Assembly (NCBI GenBank): GCA_964607485.1
Contig: CAZSKP010000004.1
Span: forward strand, 96,001-160,000
Direction: 5' to 3'
Origin: an uncultured bacterium
GTDB taxonomy: Bacteria > Abyssobacteria > SURF-5
DNA: 64,000 nucleotides
Made by a program: the position numbers and the translations under genes. Shown here piece after piece: positions 10,297-19,922 of the stretch (within the stretch, counting starts at the first letter, position 1; every line of letters begins with the position of its first letter). The notes under the pieces were generated by a model. That model ran no database searches and was not told the DNA's origin. It saw only the letters and a list, made by a program, of their open reading frames with translations.

Positions 10297-10779
10297 CTAT
10301 ACGTCTACGATAACTTCCGGCTCCTCGAACCTCACTTTCTTTCGCGGGCTGCGAAAGGTGATGGTGACGGCGCCTCCGGGTCCGGTGTCTTCGATCACAA
10401 TCCCCTCATTTTCGCCCCGATGCAGTTCCCAAAAGAAATCGACTCTGCGGTTTTCGTTAATTACTTCGACGAGTTTGCTGCGCATATCTTCCTTCTGGCT
10501 GTTGGGCCAATCGTCGATGTGCTTGACGATGAGGTTGAACGTCGCATCGGGAACAGGGGGAGGAAGGTTGTCTTTCAATTTGGTCTTGGCCCAGGCCGGG
10601 AGGCTGTCGAGGGCATTCCTTTTCTTGAACCTCTCGTCGGTGAAGTCGGGATCGCTCTTGAGCGGATGATCCGTTTGGGTCGGAGCATTCTGAAAGAGCT
10701 TGTCCAGCGAATGCATGGTTTTCGTCTTTCCCGTCCTGAGCGCATCCACAAAATCTTTCATCTTCGTCGCTGGGGGCAT
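10297..10779 (-). CDS. Hypothetical protein, paralog of 9607-10233 without a signal peptide
   Basis: AGGAGG RBS before ATG 10779; colinear similarity to the neighbouring ORF. Confidence 0.8.
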   Translation of the reverse strand: MPPATKMKDFVDALRTGKTKTMHSLDKLFQNAPTQTDHPLKSDPDFTDERFKKRNALDSLPAWAKTKLKDNLPPPVPDATFNLIVKHIDDWPNSQKEDMRSKLVEVINENRRVDFFWELHRGENEGIVIEDTGPGGAVTITFRSPRKKVRFEEPEVIVDV

Positions 10780-11295
10780 ACTACTTCCTCCTTTCTGTCC
10801 GGTCCCGCAGGATGCACGGACCCGACACAAGCGGAACTGAATGATCGTGAGAGACGTAGTCGGAGTTCAGAGCTTCGGAGCCGGGACAATCCGGCATTGT
10901 TCGCAGGTCAGACTTCTTCGGAGGGGTTCGCTGGCTGACTTGAGTGTCTCTGAGCGTATCTTTCGCAATACACCCGTTTGACATGATGGCATCCGTAAAT
11001 CAACACTTATCAGGAAACTCCCTGTGGAATCTCCGGCTATCCGTCCCGGACAATGACAACTTTAGAGAAAAAACTTATCATACTTATGCGCAAAGTTATA
11101 TATCATAAAATTCATTTTTTGTCAAATTTCTTCTCTCATTTACGCAGCCACATAGGCCACCTGCAGTTTCTAAGCCCGGACACCGTAAGACAAAGAAACC
11201 GATGCTTTAAGCGATTGGTAATCAAGCATTTCCAGTCTTCCGCTCTGTGGCCGCCCATTGTTGTTAACTCGAACTTGAGGGACCCCTCTTCGCCC

Positions 11296-11345
11296 TTGAC
11301 AAGTAAGCCAAGAGCAGCTACGATAATGAATGAGGTCTCATTTAT
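11296..11345 (+). promoter_or_regulatory. Sigma70 promoter with a palindromic TetR-type operator
   Basis: TTGACA-17-TACGAT, then the inverted repeat atgaatgag-gt-ctcatttat, upstream of the tetR gene. Confidence 0.6.
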
Positions 11346-11406
11346 ATGTGAATGCAGAGTCAGTATTTGGAATGCCCATGTGGGATAACACCAGATTGGA
11401 GGCAAA

Positions 11407-12009
11407 ATGTGCGCGTTGCGACAAAAGAAGAAAGAACTCACGAGACAGCGTCTCATTGATGCGGCGGCAGCCGAATTCGCTCAAGTCGGCTATGCTCGGG
11501 CAAACATCTCGCGAATATCCGAGAAGGCGGATTACGCCGCAGGAACGGTTTATAACTACTTCCGCTCCAAGCACGAACTGCTCGTGGCAGTCCTCACCCG
11601 AGCGATGGAAATGCTCACAGAGCGGATACGGGAAGAGATCGCCGAGATCACCGATCCCGTGGAAAAGGCAAAGCGCGCCATTCAGGTCGACTTCGAGTTC
11701 ATGGAGCGCAACGAAGCCCTGAGCAAGGTGATCATCCGGGAAGGCTTCGCTGCCGACCCCAAGAGGCAAAAGGAAATCCTCGCGGCCCTCGCTCCTGCAT
11801 CGGAGATTTTCGTGGAAATACTCGAACAGGGCAAACGCGAAGGTCTGATTCGGCCGGATATTGATTCGGTATGGGCGACCGTGCTGGCGGATGGGATGGT
11901 GGCGTATATCCTGCTCGCTCGATGGGCATTGGAGGATGAAGAAATGAAGTGTCAGGAAATGTCGGACTTGATGATCAAGTGTTTTGTCGAAGGAATCCTT
12001 GCCAAGTGA
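11407..12009 (+). CDS. TetR/AcrR family transcriptional regulator
   Basis: N-terminal HTH 'RQRLIDAAAAEFAQVGY...GTVYNYFRSKHELL'. Confidence 0.93.
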   Translation: MCALRQKKKELTRQRLIDAAAAEFAQVGYARANISRISEKADYAAGTVYNYFRSKHELLVAVLTRAMEMLTERIREEIAEITDPVEKAKRAIQVDFEFMERNEALSKVIIREGFAADPKRQKEILAALAPASEIFVEILEQGKREGLIRPDIDSVWATVLADGMVAYILLARWALEDEEMKCQEMSDLMIKCFVEGILAK

Positions 12010-12078
12010 AATCACGCGCTCCGGAGGATGGCGCTATCCGGTTTCAACGGAAGAGCGGTGACAGAGGAGAAGCAGCAA

Positions 12079-12450
12079 ATGAACACAGGTCATATTGACG
12101 AAATCCTGGAAGCTGTGACTGCAGGGAGCTACGGCGCCATCATGGAACTCTGCGAAAAGGCGCACGCGGCGGGGTTGCAGGCGAGGGAGATAGTCACTCA
12201 CGGATTGTCTAGGGGGATGGTCAAGACAGCCAAGCTCTACCGGAAGAGGGGTATGTATCTTGATTCCATCGTCAGGTCGGCCGCGGCGTTTCAAATGGGC
12301 ATGGCCTGTCTTCAATCCCATCTGGAGGAAGAAAAGCAGGTGCCCGTGGGACGCATTGTGCTCGGCGTGCCTGACGGTCCCTGGACGATCGGGAAAGACA
12401 TTGTTGCCGCGGTCCTGCGTGCACACGATTTTGACGTCTTCGACGCCGAC
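12079..12450 (+). pseudogene. Truncated methyltransferase-cognate corrinoid protein
   Basis: B12 cap domain 'EIVTHGLSRGM' and start of the B12-binding domain 'GRIVLG...IGKDIVAAVLRAHDFDVFD'; homology stops and the frame runs into IS3-like sequence. Confidence 0.7.
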
Positions 12451-12459
12451 CCGAAGCGC

Positions 12460-12601
12460 ATCTGTTACAATGAAACCAGGCCGCACCGCTCACTGGGGGG
12501 CATGCCACCCGGTGAATATACCCGGCTAATGGCCGAAACCCAAGGAGCAGCCGCCCTGGTTTCCTCCAGTCCGTAGTGGTACAGTTTCAGGGAAACGGTC
12601 A
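12460..12601 (+). mobile_element. IS3-family remnant (transposase C-terminus and right end)
   Basis: 'YNETRPHRSLGGMPPGEY' is the IS3 integrase-core C-terminal motif; followed by 'gtggtacagtttcagggaaacggtca', an IS3-like terminal sequence ending in CA. Confidence 0.7.
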
Positions 12602-12661
12602 CAGATTTAGGCCATTATGCAAAATAACATAATAGTCTTCGGGTAAATGGGAAATTGATAG

Positions 12662-13192
12662 ATGTCATCTAATATTGAGGTCAAAGCTAAGGTCAGAGAA
12701 CTGGACCAATTCAGATGCATTGCAATGCGCATGGCCACAGAACCGTTGCAGACACTTCATCAAGAAGACATTTTCTTCCGCGTACGAACGGGAAGGCTTA
12801 AGCTACGAATCTTTTCAGATGGTACAGGTGAACTGATACAATACGAGCGTCCAGATATCAGTGGAGCCAAACAGTCAAATTACCAGATTCACCGCACATC
12901 CAAGCCGCTGGAGTTGCGAAAAATCCTGTCGGAGGCTCTGGGTGAGACTGCAACGGTAAAGAAGAAGAGAGAGGTCTACATAGTAGGGCAGACGAGGATT
13001 CACTTAGATGAGGTCGATACGTTGGGGACTTTTGTTGAAGTGGAAGTAGTGTTGAGTCCCGGCCAGAGCCCGGACGAGGGACGGAGAATTGCATCCGATC
13101 TCATGGATAGGTTGGGCATCAAAGAGTCTGACTTGGTTCCTTGCGCCTATGCAGATCTTCAAAAAAACAAGGCTGAACAAGAGCGTGCCTGA
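12662..13192 (+). CDS. CYTH domain protein (class IV adenylate cyclase-like)
   Basis: 'NIEVKAK', 'QEDIFF', 'RLKLRI', 'TRIHLDEV', 'FVEVEV', 'AYADL'. Confidence 0.92.
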   Translation: MSSNIEVKAKVRELDQFRCIAMRMATEPLQTLHQEDIFFRVRTGRLKLRIFSDGTGELIQYERPDISGAKQSNYQIHRTSKPLELRKILSEALGETATVKKKREVYIVGQTRIHLDEVDTLGTFVEVEVVLSPGQSPDEGRRIASDLMDRLGIKESDLVPCAYADLQKNKAEQERA

Positions 13193-13442
13193 GGCCGCTT
13201 CACTTTCCCGGCTGCCCGCGAGTGCACCTTCCACCCTTCCGATCGCTCAAACATCGCTTTGAGAGAGTCAAGTTTTCGTTTTCAATTCTGCACCATTTGA
13301 AAGCTTTTCCTTGTCCGGCCTGCCGAGTCCCACGCAGTGAAGGATACCGACCTTTCCGGCTCTCCGAAACCACAAAAATATGAGACATTTCAAGATTGTC
13401 CAGGGTGCTGTGGTGCCGCCGACAAAATCCTGCCGTCTGGCG

Positions 13443-13472
13443 TTGACATGAACGCAGTCCTGCCGCTATAAT
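13443..13472 (+). promoter_or_regulatory. Sigma70 promoter of comM
   Basis: TTGACA-18-TATAAT consensus about 40 bp upstream of the ATG. Confidence 0.7.
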
Positions 13473-13513
13473 TGCGCCACTGTTTTCTACCAGCATGCAA
13501 CCAGGAAATTCCG

Positions 13514-15049
13514 ATGCTCGCGAAGGTCTTCAGCAGTTCCGTGTTCGGGGTGGACGCCTACCAGGTCGAGGTCGAGGTGGACCTGGGCGGCGGGCTGCCT
13601 TCGTACACAGTCGTCGGCCTGCCCGACACGGCCGTCAGGGAAAGCAGGGAACGCGTCGCCGCCGCTATCAAGAACTCCGGCTACGTGCTGCCCAGCAAGC
13701 GCATCACCGTGAACCTCGCCCCCGCCGACGTGAAGAAGGAGGGCTCATCGTTCGACGTGCCCATCGCCATCGGCATCCTCGCCGCCTCCGAGCAGGTCAA
13801 GAGCGAGAAATTCCTCGACTATTACATTGCAGGGGAATTATCGCTCGACGGAACCATCCGCGGCATTCCCGGCGTGCTGACGATGGCGCTTCAGGCGTCG
13901 AAGATGAACAGGCGCGGCATCGTCGTTCCCACCGACAACTCGGCCGAGGCGGCGGTCGTCGAGAAGGTGGAGGTCATACCCGCGAAGACGCTGCGAGCGC
14001 TCGTCGATTTCCTCGAAGATTTCACGCCGATCGAGCCTCACCGGATAGACCTCGAAGCCGCCTTCAGGCAAAGCTCCCGATATGCGATTGACCTTCAGGA
14101 GGTGAAGGGACAGGCGCACGTGAAGCGGTCGCTCGAGGTCGCCGCCGCGGGAGGGCACAACGTGCTCATGATCGGCCCGCCCGGCTCGGGCAAGACGATG
14201 CTGGCCAAACGCCTCGCGACCATCCTGCCCGATATGACCCTCGAAGAGTCATATGAGACCACGAAGATTCACAGCATCAGCGGGTTCCTTCCTCCGGGGA
14301 AGCCGCTCATCGCGACGCGGCCGTTCCGCTCGCCGCACCACACGATTTCCGACGTCGCGCTCGTCGGCGGAGGCAACTACCCGAGACCGGGCGAGGTCAG
14401 TCTCGCGCACAACGGCGTCCTGTTCCTCGACGAACTGCCCGAGTTCAACCGGAAGGCGCTTGCGGCGATGAGACAGCCGCTCGAAGACGGCTGCGTCACC
14501 ATCTCGCGCGCCGCATATTCGCTCACCTTTCCCGCCAGCTTCATGCTCACCGCCGCGATGAATCCGTGTCCGTGCGGTAACCTGGGCGACCCCAGGCGCG
14601 AGTGCACGTGCCAGCCGTGGCAGGTGCAGCGGTATCTCGGCAGAATATCCGGCCCGCTGCTCGATCGGATCGACATGCACATGGAAGTACCCGCCGTCAA
14701 GTATGCCGACCTTTCATCCACCGAGCCGTCGGGCGAGCCCTCCGCCGCAATTCGCACGCGCGTGCAGAAGGCGAGGAACCTCCAGCGCGAGCGCTTTGGC
14801 GACGATTCGCTCCGATGCAACTCGCAGATGGGCTCGAAGCATGTGAAGAAATATTGTGTTACCACCGCCGACGCGAAGGAGCTTTTGAAGGCGGCCATCC
14901 TCAACCTCGGCATCTCCGCCCGTGCCTACGACCGCATCCTCAAAGTCGCTCGCACCATCGCCGACCTCTCCGAGAGCGATGTCATCCGCGCCGAACACAT
15001 TTCCGAGGCCATCCAGTACCGCAGCTTCGATAGAGGCCTCTGGAGGTAG
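13514..15049 (+). CDS. comM: YifB/ComM Mg-chelatase-like AAA+ ATPase
   Basis: '[15 protein letters not shown]', '[18 protein letters not shown]', 'GPPGSGKT', 'RPFRSPHH', '[15 protein letters not shown]', 'NPCPCG', '[18 protein letters not shown]'. Confidence 0.96.
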   Translation: MLAKVFSSSVFGVDAYQVEVEVDLGGGLPSYTVVGLPDTAVRESRERVAAAIKNSGYVLPSKRITVNLAPADVKKEGSSFDVPIAIGILAASEQVKSEKFLDYYIAGELSLDGTIRGIPGVLTMALQASKMNRRGIVVPTDNSAEAAVVEKVEVIPAKTLRALVDFLEDFTPIEPHRIDLEAAFRQSSRYAIDLQEVKGQAHVKRSLEVAAAGGHNVLMIGPPGSGKTMLAKRLATILPDMTLEESYETTKIHSISGFLPPGKPLIATRPFRSPHHTISDVALVGGGNYPRPGEVSLAHNGVLFLDELPEFNRKALAAMRQPLEDGCVTISRAAYSLTFPASFMLTAAMNPCPCGNLGDPRRECTCQPWQVQRYLGRISGPLLDRIDMHMEVPAVKYADLSSTEPSGEPSAAIRTRVQKARNLQRERFGDDSLRCNSQMGSKHVKKYCVTTADAKELLKAAILNLGISARAYDRILKVARTIADLSESDVIRAEHISEAIQYRSFDRGLWR

Positions 15050-15182
15050 GATGGAATTGCGCTTGAAGCCGGGGTACTTATGGGCCTGTAGCGAATGAGA
15101 GACAGCTATGACCAATGTGGCTTTCGGACTACCATAAAATGCGGATAGCGTCATCGGGGAAAATCAGCAGGATGCCAAAATA

Positions 15183-16271
15183 GTGAGTGACAAAGACCGC
15201 GTTGACTATCCGTATCAGGTTTCGCTCCACCTTACCGAGGCCTGCAATCTGCGCTGCAAGATGTGCTACTTCTGGGGGGAGACCGGCCGCTATGTCAATA
15301 CCGGCGACAGAGAGAAGCCCAAATCTCTCGACATCGACAGGCTGAAGCGGTTGGTACGAGAGCTCGCCCGAGCGCGCCCGAACTACGAACTGTTTGGCGG
15401 CGAGCCTTTATCGTATTCGCACCTGGAAGAGATCATTCGCGCGATCAAAGAGGCCGGTTCGCCTGTCGAAGCTCCCACGAATGGCACTCTGCTGGAAAAG
15501 TATTCATCGCTGCTGGTGGAAACAGGCTTTGATTCTATTCGCGTGTCGCTCGATGGCCCGCGGGAGATAAACGACGCACAACGTGGCAAGGGCAGCTATG
15601 ACAAAGCGATGGCGGGCATCGAGGCCGTCTTCAAAGAAAAGATAAGGGTAGGCTCAGCTTCTCCCATTTTGAGTGTCACTTATACCGTCACACCGGAAAA
15701 CTACCTCTTCATCGAGCAGTTCTTCCTCCATGAGCTGAACCTGGAGGCAATGGATTGGGTGACGATCCAGAGTCAGAATTTCATCACGGAGGCAATGGGA
15801 CTGGCCTACGCGAAGCTGCTTGAATCGGAATTCGGGATAACGAGTGATTCCTTCTGGCGTGGCTTGGTGAGGTCGCGGGAAGATCTTGCTGAAATGGATA
15901 CCGTCGAACTCTCGCGACAGGTAGGAGAAGTTCAAGAACGTTTCGCGGAGCTTGGCAAGAATGTCCTGCTTCTGCCCCGCACATTTACACCCGAAAACCT
16001 ATCCGCATATTTCCGCATGGACTGGGGTAAGATGAGCGATAGATACTCAAGTTGCCCAGTTCCGTGGAGTTCGCTCGACGTCACTGCAAACGGCGATGTC
16101 GCCGCCTGTCACATCTTTTACGACCTCGTGATGGGCAATATCTACGAGCAGAGTTTTGAAGAGATCTGGAATGGCGAACCCTATAGGAAATTGCGAGCCC
16201 ATATGGAGCGCAAGGGTCTCATGTCGATATGTCCCGGCTGTTGCATCCTCTATCTGGTTGGTAGCACATAA
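15183..16271 (+). CDS. Radical SAM/SPASM domain protein
   Basis: CNLRCKMC motif, 'GGEPL', C-terminal 'CPVPW...GDVAAC...GNI...EEIWN...CPGCC'. Confidence 0.9.
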   Translation: MSDKDRVDYPYQVSLHLTEACNLRCKMCYFWGETGRYVNTGDREKPKSLDIDRLKRLVRELARARPNYELFGGEPLSYSHLEEIIRAIKEAGSPVEAPTNGTLLEKYSSLLVETGFDSIRVSLDGPREINDAQRGKGSYDKAMAGIEAVFKEKIRVGSASPILSVTYTVTPENYLFIEQFFLHELNLEAMDWVTIQSQNFITEAMGLAYAKLLESEFGITSDSFWRGLVRSREDLAEMDTVELSRQVGEVQERFAELGKNVLLLPRTFTPENLSAYFRMDWGKMSDRYSSCPVPWSSLDVTANGDVAACHIFYDLVMGNIYEQSFEEIWNGEPYRKLRAHMERKGLMSICPGCCILYLVGST

Positions 16272-16435
16272 TGATCCCGCCTCTCCAAGGCAGCTGCGCG
16301 CCGCGATGGAACCGCCATGACGCCGAATTTGCATTTGATCTCAAAGCCCGCTATGATAATTCCGAATTTGCGCATGACGCGTGAATCGAAATCGTCGCGC
16401 CTTTGCTCCGGGTGGAGCAAGCAGGGAGGTTCGTT

Positions 16436-17491
16436 ATGACTGAGGATGTTTACAAGAGACTACGTGAATTCTTGGACAAGCTGCCGGGGGGATATCCCGA
16501 GACCGACAGCGGGGTCGAAATCAGAATCCTGAAGAAGTTGTTCTCGCCCGAGGACGCCGAACTGACGATGAAACTTAAGCCTGAACCCGAGGGGGTTTCT
16601 TCTATAGCGGAGCGTCTCGGTATCGATGAAGCGAACGCGGCCGAGAAGCTCGAGGATATGGCGAAGCGCGGCCTCATCTTCCGGACGAGGGAAGACGGCA
16701 AGCCGAAGTACCAGGCGTTTCAGTATATCGTCGGCATCTACGAATTCCAACTGCCTCGCATAGACCGCGAATTTGCGGAGTTGATGGAGGAGTATTTCCC
16801 CTATCTGGGAATGTCATTCGCGCCGCTCAAGACCAAACAGCTTCGAATTGCGCCAGTGAATTCCTCGGTCGATGCCCTGCCGACGGTGGCGCCGTATAAC
16901 AAGATTCGCGAATTGGTCAAGCAGCAGAAGCTTATCTTGAATAATCCCTGCATTTGCCGGAAGGAACAGGAATTGCTCGGCAACAAGTGCGACCGGCCGC
17001 GGGACCTGTGCTTTTCGTTTGGCAAGTTTGCGCAATACGGTTTGGACAACGGTACGGGGACGCAGATCACGCCGGAAGAGGCGTTGAAGCTTCTCGACAA
17101 GGCCGAAGAAGCAGCGCTGGTGATGTCGCCCAGCAATACGCAGGAGCTTGAATTCATATGCTGCTGTTGCGGCTGCTGCTGCGGTAGTCTCAAACGCATT
17201 AAGCTGCTCGAAAATCCTGCCGATTTCGTCCAGTCGTATTACCGGGCCGTGATCGACCCGGACGAGTGCACCGCGTGCGGAACGTGCGTTGACCGATGTC
17301 AAGTCGCTGCAATCGAGGAAAAGGATGACGTGATGGAGGTCAATCCGGCTCGCTGCATCGGCTGTGGGCTGTGCGTGTCGGAGTGTCCGGTCGAAGCCAT
17401 CACGCTCGAGGAAAAGGAGGGCGAGGAAGCTCCGCCTGCGGATATAGACGAGGTCCTCCACAGACTCGCAAGCGAAAGGGGACTGAGCTAA
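16436..17491 (+). CDS. Polyferredoxin / 4Fe-4S binding protein with N-terminal HTH-like region
   Basis: 'CICR', 'ICCCCGCCC', two CxxCxxCxxxC motifs; GGAGG RBS. Confidence 0.88.
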   Translation: MTEDVYKRLREFLDKLPGGYPETDSGVEIRILKKLFSPEDAELTMKLKPEPEGVSSIAERLGIDEANAAEKLEDMAKRGLIFRTREDGKPKYQAFQYIVGIYEFQLPRIDREFAELMEEYFPYLGMSFAPLKTKQLRIAPVNSSVDALPTVAPYNKIRELVKQQKLILNNPCICRKEQELLGNKCDRPRDLCFSFGKFAQYGLDNGTGTQITPEEALKLLDKAEEAALVMSPSNTQELEFICCCCGCCCGSLKRIKLLENPADFVQSYYRAVIDPDECTACGTCVDRCQVAAIEEKDDVMEVNPARCIGCGLCVSECPVEAITLEEKEGEEAPPADIDEVLHRLASERGLS

Positions 17492-17524
17492 CGAGATATT
17501 GTTTTTCGGCTTAACAGACTATAT

Positions 17525-17554
17525 GGGGGCGCATCCGGTTGCGCTCCCTTTTTT
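17525..17554 (+). terminator. Rho-independent terminator
   Basis: gggggcgca/tgcgctccc hairpin followed by a T run. Confidence 0.65.
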
Positions 17555-17672
17555 GTTGTCGGCGCGCCGCCTCGATTCTTTCGACCCTGAAAGGAGTCCT
17601 ATCGCCCCAACGGTCAGGGTTCGGTCAGGTGCACGCTTTGAAGGCAGTTCGCTTGGGATGGCTGTGTAGTTG

Positions 17673-18752
17673 TCAGAACGGGCTGGAATATATGCTTTGC
17701 AGTCTTCTGAATATTTCTTCCGCCTCTCCCATCATGCGTTCGATCAGCTCTTTGCAACTTGGTATGTCGCCGATCATGCCTGAACCTTGTCCCGCAGTGA
17801 TGGTGCTGTTCTCCAGATTGCCATACAAGAAAGCGGACACGGTTTGATGACTTTCCGGAAGGAGGTCGGAGGAACCCGAAGCTCTGACGAGTTCCTCAAA
17901 TGTAGCAACCCCACCCGTTTTCATTAGAATTTGCCTTGCGAAATCGTTGAGAAGGATTCTGACAGAGCCCCGTCGTTCCTCGACGAAGCCCCTCTCTCCT
18001 CTCTTCTCGTCGTCTTCAGGTTTTGGGCTCCCGTGTCGCAACGCAATTGTGCTCGTGTCGGTTGCCTCAAGAATCGCACGCTTGACCCTGGGATGCGCAG
18101 GGCATTCCTTTGTGGGAATGAAACGCGTTCCCATGTACACGCCGTCCGCGCCGAGAGACAGCGCCGCCACAAGACCCCGCGCATCCACAATTCCTCCTCC
18201 CGCAATGACAGGAATCGCAATCGCGTCGGCGGCCTGCGGCACGAGACACAGCGTCGTAATCTGGTCAAACCCGCTGTGCCCGCCCCCCTCCGTTCCGGAC
18301 ACAATGACTGCTTCCACTCCGGCCTCCTCGGCCTTTTTGACATGCCTGACCGTCGAGCAGACATGGATTACTTTCATTCCGCTGTTCTTCAGCCTCTCAG
18401 TATAGGCCATTGGATTGCCCTGGGACACGATTGCCACCGGCACGTGCTCCTCGATTCCCACCTGCACACACCGGTCGCTGAAATCGCGGTCCCAGCCCAC
18501 TACCCCAACCACGAAGTTCACGGCGAACGGCTTATCCGTCATCTCCCTGCACGTTTTGATCTGTTCCCTCAAACGCTCTCCCGTTTCGTCGATGTCGGTC
18601 GTCACCGTCTTGCTCCCCGCATTGGGCCCTATTGTCCCCAGACCACCGGCTTCCGAAACCGCCGCGGCGAGGCCCGCATCCGCAATCCAGGCCATCGATG
18701 CCTGGATGATCGGATAGTCGATCCCCAGGAGTTCCGTTATTCTTGTCTTCAT
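17673..18752 (-). CDS. Nitronate monooxygenase / FabK-like flavoprotein
   Basis: 'MKTRITELLGIDYPIIQ', 'LAAAVSEAGGLG', 'EGGGH', 'PVIAGGGI', 'GVYMGTRF'. Confidence 0.92.
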   Translation of the reverse strand: MKTRITELLGIDYPIIQASMAWIADAGLAAAVSEAGGLGTIGPNAGSKTVTTDIDETGERLREQIKTCREMTDKPFAVNFVVGVVGWDRDFSDRCVQVGIEEHVPVAIVSQGNPMAYTERLKNSGMKVIHVCSTVRHVKKAEEAGVEAVIVSGTEGGGHSGFDQITTLCLVPQAADAIAIPVIAGGGIVDARGLVAALSLGADGVYMGTRFIPTKECPAHPRVKRAILEATDTSTIALRHGSPKPEDDEKRGERGFVEERRGSVRILLNDFARQILMKTGGVATFEELVRASGSSDLLPESHQTVSAFLYGNLENSTITAGQGSGMIGDIPSCKELIERMMGEAEEIFRRLQSIYSSPF

Positions 18753-18881
18753 CTCAGGGTGTCCTCCAATGTATTCTCATTCGAGCCGGATAGACCCGGA
18801 TCGTTCAGGCTCTAAAGGCCGTCCTCGGCCGACGGCCTTTGCGCGGTCCGGCCTCCATCGGTGGATTGCCGGACTATCAGC

Positions 18882-19922
18882 CTACGGTTTCCTGCCGGTG
18901 ATTCTGGTCAGAGAACCGGGAATAAATGAATGGACCTGAACATCGATAAATCCGGCATTCTCCAGATATCCAACCACTTCTCCCTCGGAATGAGCTCGTC
19001 CCTCGCTTCCGAATAGAGCCTCGTGAATGCCCCAGAGGGCCGGACCCAGCGGCCCGCATTTTTCATCGTTCAAGGTTTCCCCGACGACATGGTATTCTCC
19101 ACCCGGCTGCAGCGCCTCGTAAGCCTTTGTGAGAATCTTCAGGAGAACGCCTTCGCTGTATTGCGGCAGGTTGCTCGCCATAATCATCACATCGGCGCCG
19201 CGCGGAAGTGGGTCTCTGGTGAAGTCTGCCGGATAGACTGAGATTTTGTCTTGCATTTCCCATTGAGCTATGAACTCTTGCGCTACCTTGCACACGGGTT
19301 CGAAATCCAATACGGTCGCCTTGAGATGGGGATACTTCTGGATTGCCGCTATGCAATACGCGCCGGAACCGCCGCCGAGGTCGAGTATCATTGATCGTCC
19401 GCTCAGGTCCACATCCCTGGCAAACAGCATGCCTGCGCCCAAACCGACGGCGTACGTGGCCTCATGATACTCTCTGGCAATCTCTTCCGTCATGCTTTCG
19501 TAAAGCCCGAGCACCTTGGGAGGGGTGTCCGATTTGAGGTGGTCGGCCAGGTTCTTCCACTGCTCGAAATCCATTCCGGCAAAAAGCAGCCACGGCCCGA
19601 TGTAGGTAAGCTTTCCTCGTACCAGAAATCGCTCCACATCGGGCGCGTTCCGGTATTGGTCTCCTTCCTTTTCCAGGAGCCCGAGAGCCGCGCAGGCAAC
19701 GACAAGCCTTTCCGCATTGAGGTCACTCAAACCAACAGCGCCTGCGACTTGAGAAACATTTATGGCGCCCTCAGATACCCTGGTAAACAAATCCAATTGT
19801 ATCGCTGCTCTCAGAGTTGCACTCTGTTTGTGTCCGTAACTCAGGTTCTGCAAGCGCACGGTGTCTGTCTTTCTCTTACGAGTTGTCACGGATGCCTCCA
19901 AAACATTCTTGCGCCCTGTCAC
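18882..19922 (-). CDS. SAM-dependent O-methyltransferase with dimerisation domain
   Basis: 'LRAAIQLDLF' dimerisation helix, 'LDLGGGSG' SAM motif, 'ALQPGG'. Confidence 0.9.
   Translation of the reverse strand: MTGRKNVLEASVTTRKRKTDTVRLQNLSYGHKQSATLRAAIQLDLFTRVSEGAINVSQVAGAVGLSDLNAERLVVACAALGLLEKEGDQYRNAPDVERFLVRGKLTYIGPWLLFAGMDFEQWKNLADHLKSDTPPKVLGLYESMTEEIAREYHEATYAVGLGAGMLFARDVDLSGRSMILDLGGGSGAYCIAAIQKYPHLKATVLDFEPVCKVAQEFIAQWEMQDKISVYPADFTRDPLPRGADVMIMASNLPQYSEGVLLKILTKAYEALQPGGEYHVVGETLNDEKCGPLGPALWGIHEALFGSEGRAHSEGEVVGYLENAGFIDVQVHSFIPGSLTRITGRKP

Noticed and set aside
10790-11000. GAAA-capped hairpin in the leader of the paralog pair as a c-di-GMP riboswitch
   Set aside because: GEMM core elements are not recognisable; an Rfam scan would be needed
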